64,000 nucleotides of DNA from Takakia lepidozioides. Lineage: Eukaryota > Plantae > Bryophyta. Each line of letters starts with the position of its first letter. The stretch's first letter is position 1. A program made the position numbers and the translations under genes. The stretch covers positions 7,130,001-7,194,000 of the forward strand of contig CM060734.1 in the NCBI GenBank assembly GCA_030704615.1, in the 5' to 3' direction. Of this stretch, positions 1 through 21,891 are shown piece after piece. The notes beneath the pieces were generated by a model. It was not told the origin of the DNA, did not search any database, and saw only the letters and a program-made list of their open reading frames with translations.

Positions 1-209
1 AAAAGCCTACTGAGAGTTTGAGGGAGGCTTATACGCGCATGAGGCGATTGATAAATGTAACCCAAGGGGTTACAGAAACTCAGGCAGTCTAATTCTGGTA
101 TGGATATTGGACAAGGAGCTGAGGAGAAGGGTACGGGATGCAACTCTCCTACAAATGGCCCAACCCACCTTAGCAAATGTGTTTTTGCTAGCAGAGCGGA
201 TAGAACTCA
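1..209 (+). pseudogene. gag fragment of the DNMT/PHD Ty3-like retrotransposon family
   Basis: Translates (with a stop and frameshift) to KPTESLREAYTRMRRLINVTQGVTE...ELRRRVRDATLLQMAQPTLANVFLLAERIEL, nearly identical to the gag at 28165-28480 (-). Confidence 0.85.
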
Positions 210-980
210 CACTAGAAGCATTCGTGTCTTTTCCGATCGACTGGGTGTCCGCCAACCACTCCGGGAACCACTTGGCAGTACATTAGACTACTAGAGAGTC
301 GAAATGGACAATGAAGGCCCACGGGGGCATTTCAGACGGTGGATAGAAGTTGGGTCAATGACTCCGGAGTCGTAGCTATAATCGTGGCTATTTAATTAAT
401 TATGTAAATACACAAAATTTTAAAAAGCGGAAAATACAAGTGGTTCTCATTACTGCACATGCGACTAGAAATTTACATTCCGAATTCGATTAATGGAATA
501 AACATATTTATTCATTAAAGTCAATATGTAGTCGACTCAACGACTCCATGAACCACTGCGCATTGATTGCACCCGTGATTCGGGGGCATATTTGCTGACG
601 TGTGTTTCACAAGAATAGGCAAACAAAATCTGACCTTGGGGGCTTGCACATTTTAATATGTACTGCCTCCACCTGGAAGTGACATGGAAGGTCCATGGTG
701 ACATCGCGAAAGTTGGATTTGTAGGGTTTGTCATTTTGAACACCGCCCTGCTGGACATGTATGCCGAATGCGGAAACATGAAGATGCAAGGGTAATTGCA
801 GCCTACGATGAATCAAAATGAAACACACCATGAGTCCCTAAAAGTACATAAAGGGGGATGTGGCGAATCCTCAACCATTGGATTCGCTTCAATTTACAAT
901 CTCAACCGTCTACTTTATTTTCAAATCGCGATAGTTTCATATCACGATAGTTTTTTTCAAATTTGACCTTGATCCACCCC
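210..980 (+). mobile_element. Probable CACTA-element end (CACTAGAAGC...) interrupting the gag fragment; right boundary uncertain
   Basis: Gag similarity stops exactly at a CACTA pentamer at 210; no partner TIR found. Confidence 0.35.
691..792 (+). pseudogene. PLS-type PPR gene fragment
   Basis: VHGDIAKVGFVGFVILNTALLDMYAECGNM resembles the repeats at 61705-63055. Confidence 0.7.
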
Positions 981-989
981 AGGGGTTTA

Positions 990-3546
990 CCCATCTGCAT
1001 TTTTGTGTATCTTGACATCGGGAAGTCAGGTTGGATCTACAACAGGGATGACTGTAAATGGAGTGTCTGAGGATCCTGAGGCTAGTGATGAGCCAGGTGG
1101 TACTAGAGATATATATGAGGATTCCGCTGTGTTGGACTACCTCCGCACTGGAGACACGGCCGCCACTGTGACTGCCAAGGAGAGGGATCGGATCCTGCAA
1201 CGAGCCAAGAGGTTCAAGTGGGAGGGGATACACCTGCTTCGAGTGTGGGAGGATGGTCGGGTGAGGATTGTGCCTCACCCAACACAGCGTGCACGGTTAG
1301 TATGGCATGCCCATGAGGAGTTGGGGCATTTTGGAGTGCGACACACTCATAGTCTACTGCAGGGGCAGTATTGGTGGCGTGGTATGCACACAGAGGTGCA
1401 ACAATTTGTGGCTAGGTGCATGGTGTGTGACAGGGTGCGTGCTTCATTCAATGCCCCTACACCACAGTTGCATCATTTACCCATCATGAGATTGGGCTAC
1501 AGGTGGAGTCTTGACTTCGCAGGGCCGTTGCCACTGACGATACGCCACCACAGATATGTGTTGGTGATAGTGAAGCACTTCTCCAAGTGGATTCAGTTGG
1601 TTTTGTTGCCTAACAAGGTTGGCGAGGGGGCTGCGTATGCATTATTGGATTGTGTGCTTAGCTGATTCGGTGCTCCAGCTGAGGTACTCATAGACCAAGG
1701 GAGAGAGTTCTTGGGGGAGTTTCAGGCTTTGTGTGATAAAGCCTTGATAGACCACCGCACCACTTCTCGGGATCATCCTGAGGCTGATGGCTTGGCAGAG
1801 AGAGTTGTCCAGATGGTGAAGAGGGGTTTGCATAAGTATGGCTTGCAAAAGGGATACCTAGGAGATTGGGATCTTCAGGTAGCCATGGGCTACAGGTTCA
1901 GCAAGCAAGCATCACTTGCATTTTTCTCACCATATTTCCTTCTCTTTGGTCGAGAGTCGGATTTTCCTGCAGCCATTTGTAGGGACACTGCTCAAGTTCT
2001 TAACCTTGACGATCCGGACGTGTGGGTACGTGCATGTGATCAGCGTGCAAAGTTGTTCAAGAAAGTCATGCTTATGGCTTTTGAGAACCTTGCCATTGCA
2101 CAACACCGTGATACGTTGAGGTATGCCACTATACGTGGTGGAGGATATCGTCATGGGGTTTGGAGGTTAGCCCTGGTGACTATGTTTATTTGCAGCAGAC
2201 TGCTCCTACAATCTTGGATGTCATTACATGGCGTGTTATTGTGAGGGTTCGCGAGGTGTTGCCCTTAGGAGTCCTGATCTTGGGGGGTCGGGATGGCATG
2301 ACTTGGAAGGACCATGTGCGTAATTGTGCGCCATGTCACCTTCCCAATGTCGATGACAGAGTTGACTCAAACTTGACAGTGGTAACTGCAGATTTGAGGT
2401 GCATGCTCTATGGGTCTGCCAAAGGGGCAGCCACCATGCTGGTGTGTGATCGATGCTAAAGAGATTGGCACGTGGGATGCTTGACACCACCTCTTGAGAG
2501 GGTTCTTGATGGAGATTGGTTATGTCCACACTGCTTGGGATAGTGGTAGTGGATATGACTGGTGGCAGCTAACAAGACATGGGGGGCCAAGCTCATCGAA
2601 GTCAATATACGAGATCCCAGGCTCAAGTTCACAGGTTGCAAGACGGCGACTAACGATGGGGCAACTGTTGCACCCGGCCTCTTGATCTATCGAGTTTGAG
2701 TGTAGTAGGGACAGTGGTGGAGGATTTAGTGAGACTACGGCCATTATCATATCTTGTGGCTACCTGGACTGAGAAGGACCTAAGCGCCAGCTAGGGGGGC
2801 GATTGTGATGGACTAGTGACAGCCTAGTGGTGGACTAGTGGCTGCACTAGTGGTGGCTAGTGGCAGCCTAGTGGTTGGACTAGTGGTGGCTAGTGGTAGC
2901 CTAGTGGTTGTACTAGTGGCAAGACTAGTGGTGGACTAGTGGCAGACTAGTGATAGACTAGTGTTTGGTGTGCACATGTGTTGTGTGGTTTGGACAACGA
3001 TGTAGTTGTGTAGCGATATGTATGCACACGACAGCTGTCAAGTTATTTTACCACAAGTGTGAAACTAGCTAGGAAATAATTAGTTTTGATGTATTAACCT
3101 TTGGGATTGACCCAAGTATCAATCCAGGGGCCAATTTATGTTTGAGCACTTGGCGTGGTTATCTTCACGGCAGATCGTGGTGGGCTCATTTTTCTCGAGT
3201 TGAGCCTCACCGCGTCTAGCTATGGCGCCGTAGTGTAGATTCCCCATGGCATGGGGTGCACTTGGCTTGATTTATATTTGAGTGATGATTTTACATATGC
3301 ATCAGTTTATATGAGCTCGCGTGAGCTTGTATTCTTATTATTTATCATTGTGATGGACTAGTGGCAGCCTAGTGGTGGACTAGTGGCTGCACTAGTGGTG
3401 GCTAGTGGCAGCCTAGTGGTTGCGCTAGTGGCAAGACTAGTGGTGGACTAGTGGCGGACTAGTGATAGACTAGTCTTTGGTGTACACATAAGTTGTGTGG
3501 TTTTGGACAACAATGTAGTTGTATAGCGATATGTATGCGCACGACA
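990..3546 (+). mobile_element. 3' part of a split-direct-repeat Ty3-like retrotransposon (subfamily 1): decayed integrase+PHD, PPT, B1-gc-A2-B2
   Basis: HHCC integrase (HEELGH...CMVC), DDE core and PHD with stops; PPT TAGGGGGG at 2792-2799; B1 2804-3033, GC, A2 3036-3348, B2 3349-3546 ending CACGACA. Confidence 0.9.
2804..3546 (+). repeat. B1 (2804-3033) and B2 (3349-3546) direct repeats containing a CTAGTGG minisatellite, flanking segment A2
   Basis: Both start TGTGATGGACTAG and end GTATGC(A/G)CACGACA; they differ in minisatellite copy number. Confidence 0.9.
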
Positions 3547-4760
3547 CATGCAACGCAACCCTGCAAGTACCACTGCAAGGTTAGGATCTATCCTCCCATC
3601 CACATGTGGAAGGTGACATGGCGCACAATTGGCACATGGTCCTCCCATACCATGCTATCTTGACCCTCCAGAATCAACATTCCTGAAGACAACACCTCTC
3701 GTACCCGTAGAATCACACGTCCTGCTGTAACATCTAAGGTCATTGGTGCTGTCTGCTGTAGATACACATAGTCCCCAGGGTTGAATCTCCAAACTCCCGG
3801 TCGATATCCTCCTCCACATATAGTGACATACTTCAATGTGTCTCGGTGTTGGACAATAGCAAGGTTCTCAAAAGCCATAGGCATGACTCTCTTGAACAAC
3901 TATGCCCGCTGGTCACATGCTTGTGTCCACACATCCGGATCATCAAGATTGAGGACTACTGCAGCCTCCCTGCGAATAGATGAAGGCAAATCTAGCTCTC
4001 GGCCAAAGAGAAGGAAATAAGGCGAGACGGAGACAAGTGATGCTTGCTTGCTAAACCTGTAGCCCATGGCCAACCAAGGTAGCTGAAGGTCCCAATCTCC
4101 CAAGTGTCTCTTCTGCAAGCCATACTTGCGCAAGCCCCTCTTGACTGTTTGCACAACCCTTTCTGCCAAGCCATCAGCCTCGGGATGATCCCGAGAAGTA
4201 GTGCGGTGATCTATCAAAGCTTGCTCACACAAAGCCTGAAACTCCCCCAAGAACTCTCTCCCCTGGTCCGTGAGTACCTCGGCTGGAGCACCAAATCGGC
4301 TAAGAACTCAATCTAAGAATGCATACGCAGCCCCCTCACTTGCCTTGTCAGGCAACGCCACCAGTTCAATCCATTTGGAGAAGTGTTCCACCATCATCAG
4401 CACATACTTGTTATGGCGAATTGTTAGTGACAATGGGCCTGCGAAATCAAAACTCCAACGATAGCCCAACCTATAATGGGTAAATGATGCAAATGTGAGA
4501 TAAGTGCATTGAAAGAAGCACGTACCCTATCACACACCATGCACCTAGCCACTAAGTGTTGCACATCCGTGTACATACCCCGTTACCAATACTGCCCTTG
4601 CAGCAAACTGTGAGTACATCTCACACCAAAGTGCCCCAACTCCTCATGGGCATGACGACCAATCGCGCTCGTTGGGTTGGATGAGGCACAATCCTCACTC
4701 GTCCATCCTCCCATACTCGGAGTAGGTTAGTCCCCTTCCACTTGAACCTCTTGGCACGTT
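3547..4760 (-). pseudogene. Integrase fragment of the same retrotransposon family, interrupted in its PHD by the copy at 990-3546
   Basis: ORFs 3900-4250 and 3588-3899 (-) match the integrase at 29076-30322; the sequence stops at LRCM, directly abutting the B2 end. Confidence 0.85.
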
Positions 4761-4764
4761 ATAT

Positions 4765-4837
4765 TTTCCTCGTTTATTAATTTGATGAAAAGTGCCTCCG
4801 TCCCCTTTCCTTTAATAAAATAAAATAAAATAAAAAA
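4765..4837 (+). mobile_element. 3' tail fragment of L1-like LINE
   Basis: TTTATTAATTTGAT...GCCTCC.TCCCCTTT...A-rich tail matches the L1 3' end at ~35325-35390. Confidence 0.6.
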
Positions 4838-4850
4838 CACTGCCCTGGCC

Positions 4851-4900
4851 TATAAACCCTAAAACACTTGCTATCCCCTAGCTTCCCCTAACCCCTAAAC
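4851..4900 (+). promoter_or_regulatory. TATA-like box and telo-box (AAACCCTAA) upstream of TRM4
   Basis: TATAAACCCTAAAA at 4851-4864; telo-boxes are typical of plant translation/RNA-processing genes. Confidence 0.45.
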
Positions 4901-5119
4901 TTTTTTCCTGCTGTGGTGGTTACAGCAGCGATGGAGGAGGGAAAGCTGTAAGCACCATTGTGCGTTGCGGAGCGTTATCCCTCTCTTTGGACAGAGCAAG
5001 GAAGAGGCCCGTCTTATTTCTTCTTCCAAGAAGTGACCCTGGAGGAGGACGACGTAGACACCACTGGGAAGTACCCAACTTTTCGGCCCTCTGGGAACGG
5101 AGAAAGGAGCGAGGAAGAG

Positions 5120-13818
<8,699 letters not shown>

Positions 13819-16800
13819 TAGTTTAATTTGGGAGAAACTTACTCTTTTCACGAGTTATTAGGATGTGAGCTGTGCCAACAAGGGTTACAGTCTTCATCAC
13901 CGGCAGTGGTTGTGGGTTCTGTTTCTAAGTACAGGTTAATCTTTGGCCAGTCTTTCCTGTAAACATAATAGAAAGATCACTGCAACTACATTTTACAAAT
14001 AGATGTGGGGGATCAGAGCTTCATCCGTTTCTATGGACACTGTTGTGAAGTAATCTCAAAGCTTCATGGTACCTGTAATTAAGACGAGCCAGTGAAAGGG
14101 CAAACACTTATGCCATTCTTAGGAGCAATCTCTTGGGATTTTGATGGGATCTGTGCATTTGAGGCCAGCAATTTTTATAACCCATGATTGTAGTTGTTGG
14201 AAGCACGTGAAGTTGGAAGAGTTCATTAGTAGCTGCCGGATACCTGTATACACAGCACCATTGTTTCATTGCTTTTCCCTGTGTGAAGTGAGCGGGAGAC
14301 CAACCATGATGGATGATTCAGTGCTTCACTCTAAGAAGCTCCAAAATTGTTAAGCCTCTGTTTAGACAAATGGGCATTTGTATTTTCCCCCTTGCTTCTT
14401 CAGATCCTTGGAAGCAATATGGAAAGAGAAGAAAACCATTGCACACTATCACAACCTGGCAATGGCTGATTATATTTGTTCCCTTTCAGATCTGCCATCT
14501 TTCAAGATGATTTCAACCTCATATCGGAGCAACCTTTTGTTGAATTTTCAATCCAGCTGCGGTAAGGAAAATCTCACCTGTACTCTTCTATTTAGGGGAT
14601 CTTAAAACACTGAATCCTCCTGCCAAATATTTGTCTCCCAGACCCCAATTCACCTGGCCATTGGTCCCTGAGCATGATTTCCACACGCAAACACGTCTGA
14701 AAGCATTTGCTCGGCTTCTATTCCGTGGCGCTTGCCCAAAATCTTGATGCTGTCAGATTTGGGCACAAAGGTCTACCGTGGAGAATGCAGGATCAGCGTT
14801 GGCACGAGTTTTTTTAATATCCTTCACAATGGTGGGAGTGCAAACACAAGGTGTGGATTTCTTAATGTACGACCAGTGAGAGGAAGTTTGTCCGTTCTGC
14901 AAGTGTAGGCTCCTTCGTCATGTCTCATTATTTGATATTTTTCCTCGTGTTTACAAGGTACTTGGGATGGTAGCTTGGTCTTATAAGGAGGGCCGTTGTT
15001 TTTATCTGTGGCAGTCTGACCATCGACCGAAAATGACCTCTTGTGTGTGCTGTTCAGGTCTATAGTCAAGTGATCTCGGACTGGCCTAGCTGCTTTCATG
15101 GCACAAAAGTCAAGGACACTGTGGTGAGGGCACCTTCTATCTTCTTCAACACATTTCAACCTGTTTCCTCTTTTATTATAGTCATCCCTAATTTTACATC
15201 CTAAGTTTTGCAAATAACCTCTTGTGGATCTAAGGTTGGTTTTGGATGAATTTGCTTTTTGTAGGGCTCTCACCATGGGGTGGTCCGCGAGGTGGCAATC
15301 CGCGTCGTGCCCGACTCGATCCCGGAGTGTCAACGTCCTCCGCAATCACCTGAAAGTTGGCTCCGGTCCTTTTCACGATTGTGTCTGTCCGACTGTATTG
15401 GATCAGGGTGCAAACGGGTCGCTCCTGACCGCAGGAACAACGGGTTGGAATTGGGGCCCCTTCGATCTGTGGCACCGTCCTTCCCATCCTCGAGGGAAGA
15501 CGGGTCGATGTTTTTCCTCAACGACGCACCGGCGTGCGCCTTGCGCAATGAGCATATCGCTCACGCAGGAGTGACCTGGCGTGAGCGTGCACCAACGCTG
15601 ACGTGGCATGAGCGTGATGTCAGCCAAGTGACCAGCGACAAATGCTAACGTGCGCTGCCGGGGTCGTCATCTGCCACGGAGGACCGTCAGTGGCATACAA
15701 CCATACGGCTGTGTCTTGGGGTAGTTATCCGAGATGGTCCTATATCGTGGATTATTCCAAGCAATCGTTGGCGAATACATGACGACGGGACCTATCAAAC
15801 ACCCGGAATGGGCAATGGAACCTCCACTGTGCAAGAATCCATTCCACACATTGTGGCAATGGAATTGGAGTTTCACATATTACAATTAGCAAGGACGACA
15901 AATAACTGCACACTTGAGTGCCATAGAGGGGCCGCCACGGGAAGACCATGGGAAACTCATCTTGACGTCCAAAGGTCCGGGGGTCATTGATGCATGAGTT
16001 CTACGAACTGCCAAAAATGGACACAGACACTACGCCAAAGTGCGCACACAGAACAGAAGTGATGAAGCGCGACGACCTCTACGCAAATAGAATCCAAAGG
16101 GGTGCCATGAGGCAAAAATAATAATTGGAACATAGGAACACAGCAAAAACAGAGTAAAGGATAGAGCGCGCGTGAAGTACTGCACTTGCTAGAGAAGAGC
16201 CCCTGCAAGGTCATTTTTTTAACTGTTGTTGTTTTTTTTTTTTTTGTTTTTCTTTTTGTCTCCGTATTGTTTCTAAAACACCCAAAAAAAAAACAAAAAA
16301 AAAAACGAAGTGATGCATCGGAAGTGATCCGATCATCACTTCAATGCTTCAGAGTTTTATGAAAAAGAACTCCGGATAGGTCCCAGAGTAATATGAGAGC
16401 AATCAAAAACTCGTTCCATGGCCAATGAGGCATTCACTGTCATTCAATCTTGTTCGTTGCGTATTAAATAAATCATGTCATGGGTGAAGGGTATGGGTGC
16501 GGACACCCATGTGAACGGCATGAGGGTGAGTGGCCCATATTTGCCCGCATGTGCTTGAATATTGTGTAATACATGGTGAAAAACAAGAGAACAACAACCA
16601 TTTTGCCTCCCAACCACGTCCTTGCCCTTCCACAATTTTGCATTAAATGAGTTTAAATAAATTTCAAGCAAATAAATAGGTTTACACTGTCTTTGATTAA
16701 ACCAGGCGCCATCAGAAGATCAAAGGAAAGAGGAGAAATGATTGTTTCTCCCCCAAAGATACAGATGGCGTCGCGTCTTCAACTCAATTCCAATCAACTT

Positions 16801-18045
16801 CAAGCTTTTAAATCCATGTTAAGTGAGGACCCTCACCTGGTCCCATCACATGCAATCAGAAACAGTTAAGTTTAGAGACGATGTGGAACCCCAGTTGAAT
16901 CCAGGTCTCACGCTTGTTTGTTATCGCTGTACAACATGCCATACAAGCAGGAGCAAAAAAAAGAAACCGGCATATGCAACCAATACCTTGATGGCTCTGG
17001 AAGAGAGGCCTGAGCCAGCTCTCAGACCAGCCAACAAGAATGCACAACAAAATGTACAAAGCAAGCACAAAGAAAGTGAATCCCCCAAACTTAAAGAGTT
17101 CAGACACTTCCCTGAGGCCTTAAGATCGCCGCTTGTATCTTAATGATCAATGAAGGTCACAACAAGCAACCACAACACAGGTAGATCGCCCGCCAAACAT
17201 TAGAGACAACCGCCACAGGGAAATTGTAGGTACTGCCGCCATTGCGCACCCCAAGAGGGGAAGAAGGTATTGAATCTTGCCAGAACACCTAAATGCCTTA
17301 ATGGCGCAGCTCCATGGCATTCAAGGGCGCCTGAATGAAATCTATCGTGATTTCATCCGCGTTGGATGAAATTGTCTCTCGATTTTTCATCTGTGTCATC
17401 CTCTGAGGATGACATCCATTTATGGATGAAAAAATTAAATAATAGGATGGCTCCATTAGGATCCTGATCTTATACCAAAAATCCGGGTAATGTAAATAAC
17501 CGAAATTAACCAAATTCCAAGAAGGTTAATTAGGGGTTAGGTAACATACCACTAGTCTTAAACTATCAAGTTTTAAAAGAACCAGCCAGATCCATGGAGG
17601 GAGGGGGAGAGAGGGAACCCACCAACATTCCCCTGGTATGGCAGCTCCTTATGGAGTGAGTGTGGTATGTACTCACCCCGTAAGGGAGTGCATACCAGAC
17701 CCCATCACATAAATGACCTCCCTCTTCTTTGTAGCTTTTACTTCTGGTTACAAAGGAACCATAGAAATAAACATGCCTACAATCTCAACTCTCCAAGGTC
17801 AAAAAAAAAAAAAAACAAGCCGTGACAAGCAAAGGTACATCAACATTTACATCAGAATGTAGAGTATTACCTTTTAGCTACACATAAGCTCTGGTAATGG
17901 AAAGATGAGGCCAATGAAGGGACCTTAACTCCGAAATTCGTGAAGCAACAAACAGAAAAGAAACTTTTATCAACCCTTTAGTGTTTACCTAGCCCATGTT
18001 TTTGGGTACCACATGTGTACAAAACCAATGGGGCAGGTTTAGGTG

Positions 18046-19391
18046 GTCGTGCGCATACATATCGCTACACAACTACATCGCTGTCCAAAACCACACAACA
18101 TATGTGCACACCAAACACTAGTCTATCACTAGTCCACCACTAGTGCACCACTAGGCTGCCACTAGACAACCACTAGTCACCACTAGTGCAGCCACTAATC
18201 CACCACTAGGCTGTCACTAGCCACCACTAGTCCAACCACTAGGCTGCCACTAGCTACCACTAGTGCAACCACTAGTCCACCACTAGGCTGCCACTAGTCC
18301 ATCACAATCGCCCCCCTAGCTGGCGCTTAGGTCCCTCTAAGTCCAGGTAGCCACAAGATGTGATAGTGGTCATAGCCTCACTAGGTCTTCCACCACTGTC
18401 TCTACTACACTCAAACTCAATAGATCAAGAGGCCAGGTACAAGAGTTGCCCCATCGTTAGTCTCCGTCTTGCAACCTGTGAACTTGAGCCTGAGATCTTG
18501 GGTATTGACTCCTATGAGCTTGGCCTCCCATGTCTTGTGAGTTGCCACTAGTCATATCCACTGCCACTATCCCAAGCAATGTGGACATAACCAATCTCCA
18601 TCAGGAACCCTCTCAAGAGGTGGTGTCAAGCATCTCATGTGCCAACCTCTTGAGCATCAATCACACACCAGCATAGTGGCGGCACCACGAGCATGCCCAC
18701 ATAGCATGCAACGCAACCCTGCAGGTACCACTGCAAGGTTGGGATCTATCCTCCCATCCACATGTGGAAGGTGACATGGCGCACAATTATGCACATGGTC
18801 CTTCCATACCATGCCATCTCGACCCTCCAGAATCAACACTCCTGAAGGCAACACCTCCCTGACCCTTAGAATCACATGTCCTGCTGTGACATCCAAGGTC
18901 GTAGGCACTGTCTACTGCAGATACACATAGTCCCCAGGGTGGAAACGCCGAACACTTGGCCGATATCCCCCTCCACGTATAGTGGCATACCTCAATGTGT
19001 CTCGGTGTTGGGCAATAGCAAGATTCTCAAAAGCCATAGGCATGACTCTCTTGAACAACTCTGCCCGTTGGACACATGCTTGTGTCCACACATCCGGATC
19101 ATCAAGGTTGAGGACTACTGCAACCTCCCTGCGAATAGATGCAGGCAAATCCGGCTCTCGGCCAAAGAGAAGGAAATATGGTGAGAATGAGGCAAGTGAC
19201 GCTTGCTTGCTGAACCTGTAGCCCATGGCTAACCAAGGTACCTGAAGATCCCAATCTCCTAGGTGTCCTTTTTGCAAGCCATACTTGCGCAAACCCCTTT
19301 TCATTGTCTGAACCACTCTCTCTGCCAAGCCATCGGCCTCACGGTGATCCTGAGAAGTGGTACGATGGTCTATCAAGGCTTTATCACACAA
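18046..19391 (-). mobile_element. Truncated copy of the split-repeat Ty3-like family (subfamily 1): integrase C-terminus+PHD, PPT and a single B repeat
   Basis: ORFs 18912-19577 and 18657-18908 (-) are integrase/PHD; PPT at ~18310-18318; B repeat 18046-18306. Confidence 0.88.
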
Positions 19392-19735
19392 ATCCGGGCA
19401 GTTTTTGGGAAGACCGATGGAAGGAGGCCCATGCGGGCACGGTCGGTGAAGTGGACCTGTCTGGCATGAAGCGACTTTCAATCTTCTACAAGTTGCCATA
19501 TTGGACAGTACGTATTCCACAAAAAACACCATCAATATCCCTATGCATGCATGTGATATTGCACTTCTGGTTTGCATTGCATTGTCACTTTCACGTCAAA
19601 ATATTTGTGTAAGTATTTGTGGGTGGGGATATATATAGGACCTGAAGATTCGCCATCTTCTAGATCCCATGCATATTGAGAAGAATGTTTGTTCGTCCCT
19701 TTTTCGGGTTCTTCATGGCACACCGGCAAAGAAGG
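19390..19735 (+). pseudogene. CACTA (En/Spm) transposase, part upstream of the retrotransposon insertion
   Basis: KRLSIFYKLPYW, an intron, then DLKIRHLLDPMHIEKNVCSSL, which are hallmark CACTA TnpD motifs. Confidence 0.85.
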
Positions 19736-20087
19736 TGTCAAGTTAAATAAGCACAGTGTGAAACTAGCTAGAATAAAGCTAGTTATTTGTATTTAACACT
19801 TGGATTTAGGTCAAGTGTTAAATCAGGTGTCAAGTTTAGTTTGACACCTGACCCGTCTTATCTTCACGAGAGCGGCAGTCGCGCGGCTCATCTCTCTCGA
19901 GTTGAGCCTGCGCGACCGAGCTCCTGCATCGTTTAGGACTGAGTGTGCTCATGATGGGAGTGTAGGTTGCTGTGGGGTGGAGTCCCCACAGCTTGGGGTG
20001 CCCCTGGCTCGACTTCTGTTTTAACGAGTGATGTTGAGGGATTTCATATTTCTTGTGTTGAGTGTGTGTGTCCTTTTAGCTTTTCTT
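19736..20087 (+). repeat. Repeat A1 (352 bp), near-identical to A2 at 30670-31021
   Basis: Direct comparison shows only a few substitutions and 2-bp indels. Confidence 0.95.
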
Positions 20088-20167
20088 GTCACTCGAGAGA
20101 GATCAGCTGTATCTAGTTTTCTTGTAGTGCTAAGCTAGATAGAGTTCTTTTATGTTAGCACTATGTC

Positions 20168-20254
20168 GATGGTCGAGGTGAAGAGAGCGGCATGCTTGAT
20201 GACAACGTGGTTCTCCAACTTGTCATAAGCCATACCAAGCTCGTCCAAGAAGCG
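20168..20254 (-). pseudogene. THI1: Captured fragment of thiazole biosynthesis enzyme THI1/THI4
   Basis: [29 protein letters not shown] resembles the plant THI1 motif FLDEIGVAYDE....[13 protein letters not shown]. Confidence 0.8.
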
Positions 20255-21198
20255 TTTTCCGTTTTGTTGTTGTTGCACATGAGCGATGTATTTTTGAGGA
20301 AGTTGATTCGGGGGGCAGCAGAAGAATGTGTTCACCATAACCTATGATTGAAAGGGGAAGACGGGATTCCACGCTTGCAAGCTACCTGCGGAAGCAAGCT
20401 GCGATCTAGTTCGAGTGCGAGGTTCTGAGGACAGACCTCGATCGCAATGATCTTGTCGAAAGGCTGTGCAGGGTAAAGGATCCATAGCTACTTGGACGAA
20501 GGTCCTAAAACCATTGTCGTATAGCAGCTGGTAGGGTTTCTCTCGTTGCCAGTTGTAGGAGGGTGGTAAGCACGAGCTCCAGAAATAGCTCCCCGCTTGA
20601 GCTGGAATTCCACCAGAAGAAAACGGGTTGAAAGACTGAGCTGCATGCCATCCGTGCAGCGGGGGAGTACGGTGGCAGACACCTTGGCTTGGTGGGCAGA
20701 TCACAATCGTACGTTCGAAGCGCAAACAGGCAGTAGTGTTGAAGGCCAAGCTCCCGTTCACAGTGTCCGTCATGGCTGCAGGGAAAAACATCCAGAAAGC
20801 TCCTACACAAGGTTCTAAGAAGGGTTGTATGAGCAATTGATATAGAAAGGGGGACCTGCAGGCTGAGGGTGAACAGATTTCCCTAGTAACTGCACTTGTC
20901 GCCTCTGATGAAAAACCCAATGGCTTGGACCTTGCTGCTGCTGATGTGGTGCATGTTGGAAGAGGTGCCTGCCGTCAATTTGTGAAGGAGTTTTTTTTTG
21001 TTGCGCTTCCTCTGCGCGAGCTGCAGATTGACATCAAGAAGGGGCTGCTTGGCAAGGTCCCATTGCACCAGCGGCTGCAGATTGAGTTCCACTTTACTAA
21101 GGCAATCGCAAATTCATGCAGTTTGGTTTTGTTTGGTTTTGTGAAGACACAAAATGCCGATTCCAGCTGGAACGGGCAGTATCGGCCAGCCAAGGTGG

Positions 21199-21530
21199 AA
21201 TGATTCGTTGTTGAAAAAGCTGAGTGATCACGCTTTGGAATCGCTCAGCCAACATGGGTGATGGGCCCTGCCCTCCCTGAGCAATTGGCCCCTCATAAGC
21301 ATAAGCTGAGGTGGGTAACTCCAGATCACTCCTCATGGACCAGACCTGGATGAAGGAGTCCAAAATCCTTCAGAAGTCAAGCTTGCTGATGGTTTGGAAG
21401 CGACACATTTCGTCCTTGCAGATCTCAGAGGGAGAGGCAAGAAGGCGGTTTGTCGGAGCTGGTGCTGAATTGAGCTGCAATTGCCGGGACTAACCAGAAC
21501 CAAAGGCTTCACAAGCAACGCATGCGCCAT
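21199..21530 (-). pseudogene. CLPP5: Captured 5' fragment of plastid Clp protease subunit ClpP5
   Basis: Starts MAHA...; contains VWSMRSDLELP...GQGPSPMLAERFQSVITQLFQQRII, matching the ClpP5 N-terminal region; frameshifted. Confidence 0.8.
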
Positions 21531-21780
21531 GGATTCCCGAGAGATGCCGAAGCTATCGATGCACAACAACAGTAGGGTAGAAACACGAGCAGTAACAGGA
21601 AGGCGGAAACCATTCTAAGCCAACAATAATCGCTGGCGGGAGATGCGAATTAGACCAAGTTGATGGAACTTCAAGCTGGTCTTGGCCTTGGATTCCATGC
21701 AAAGATGGCCACATTACAGCAGGCTGCCTGTCCATAAGCCATGAAGGTGTTGCGCAGTGCATATGCTCTTGAAATCGCCC

Positions 21781-21891
21781 CAATTCCTGGTTTGTAGTCT
21801 CTAGGTCGAATAAGGCCTGGGCTACAGCCTCTTCGAACTCATCAGGCTCGAGCCCCTTCTCCTTCTGAATCTTCCTGCGTGCCGTAAACAT
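21781..21891 (-). pseudogene. RPS7: Captured 5' fragment of 40S ribosomal protein S7 (eS7)
   Basis: [37 protein letters not shown]. Confidence 0.88.

Noticed and set aside
14824-15345. 173-aa ORF next to a CG-rich, G-box-containing region
   Set aside because: No recognisable motif or splice structure, so a gene call cannot be supported
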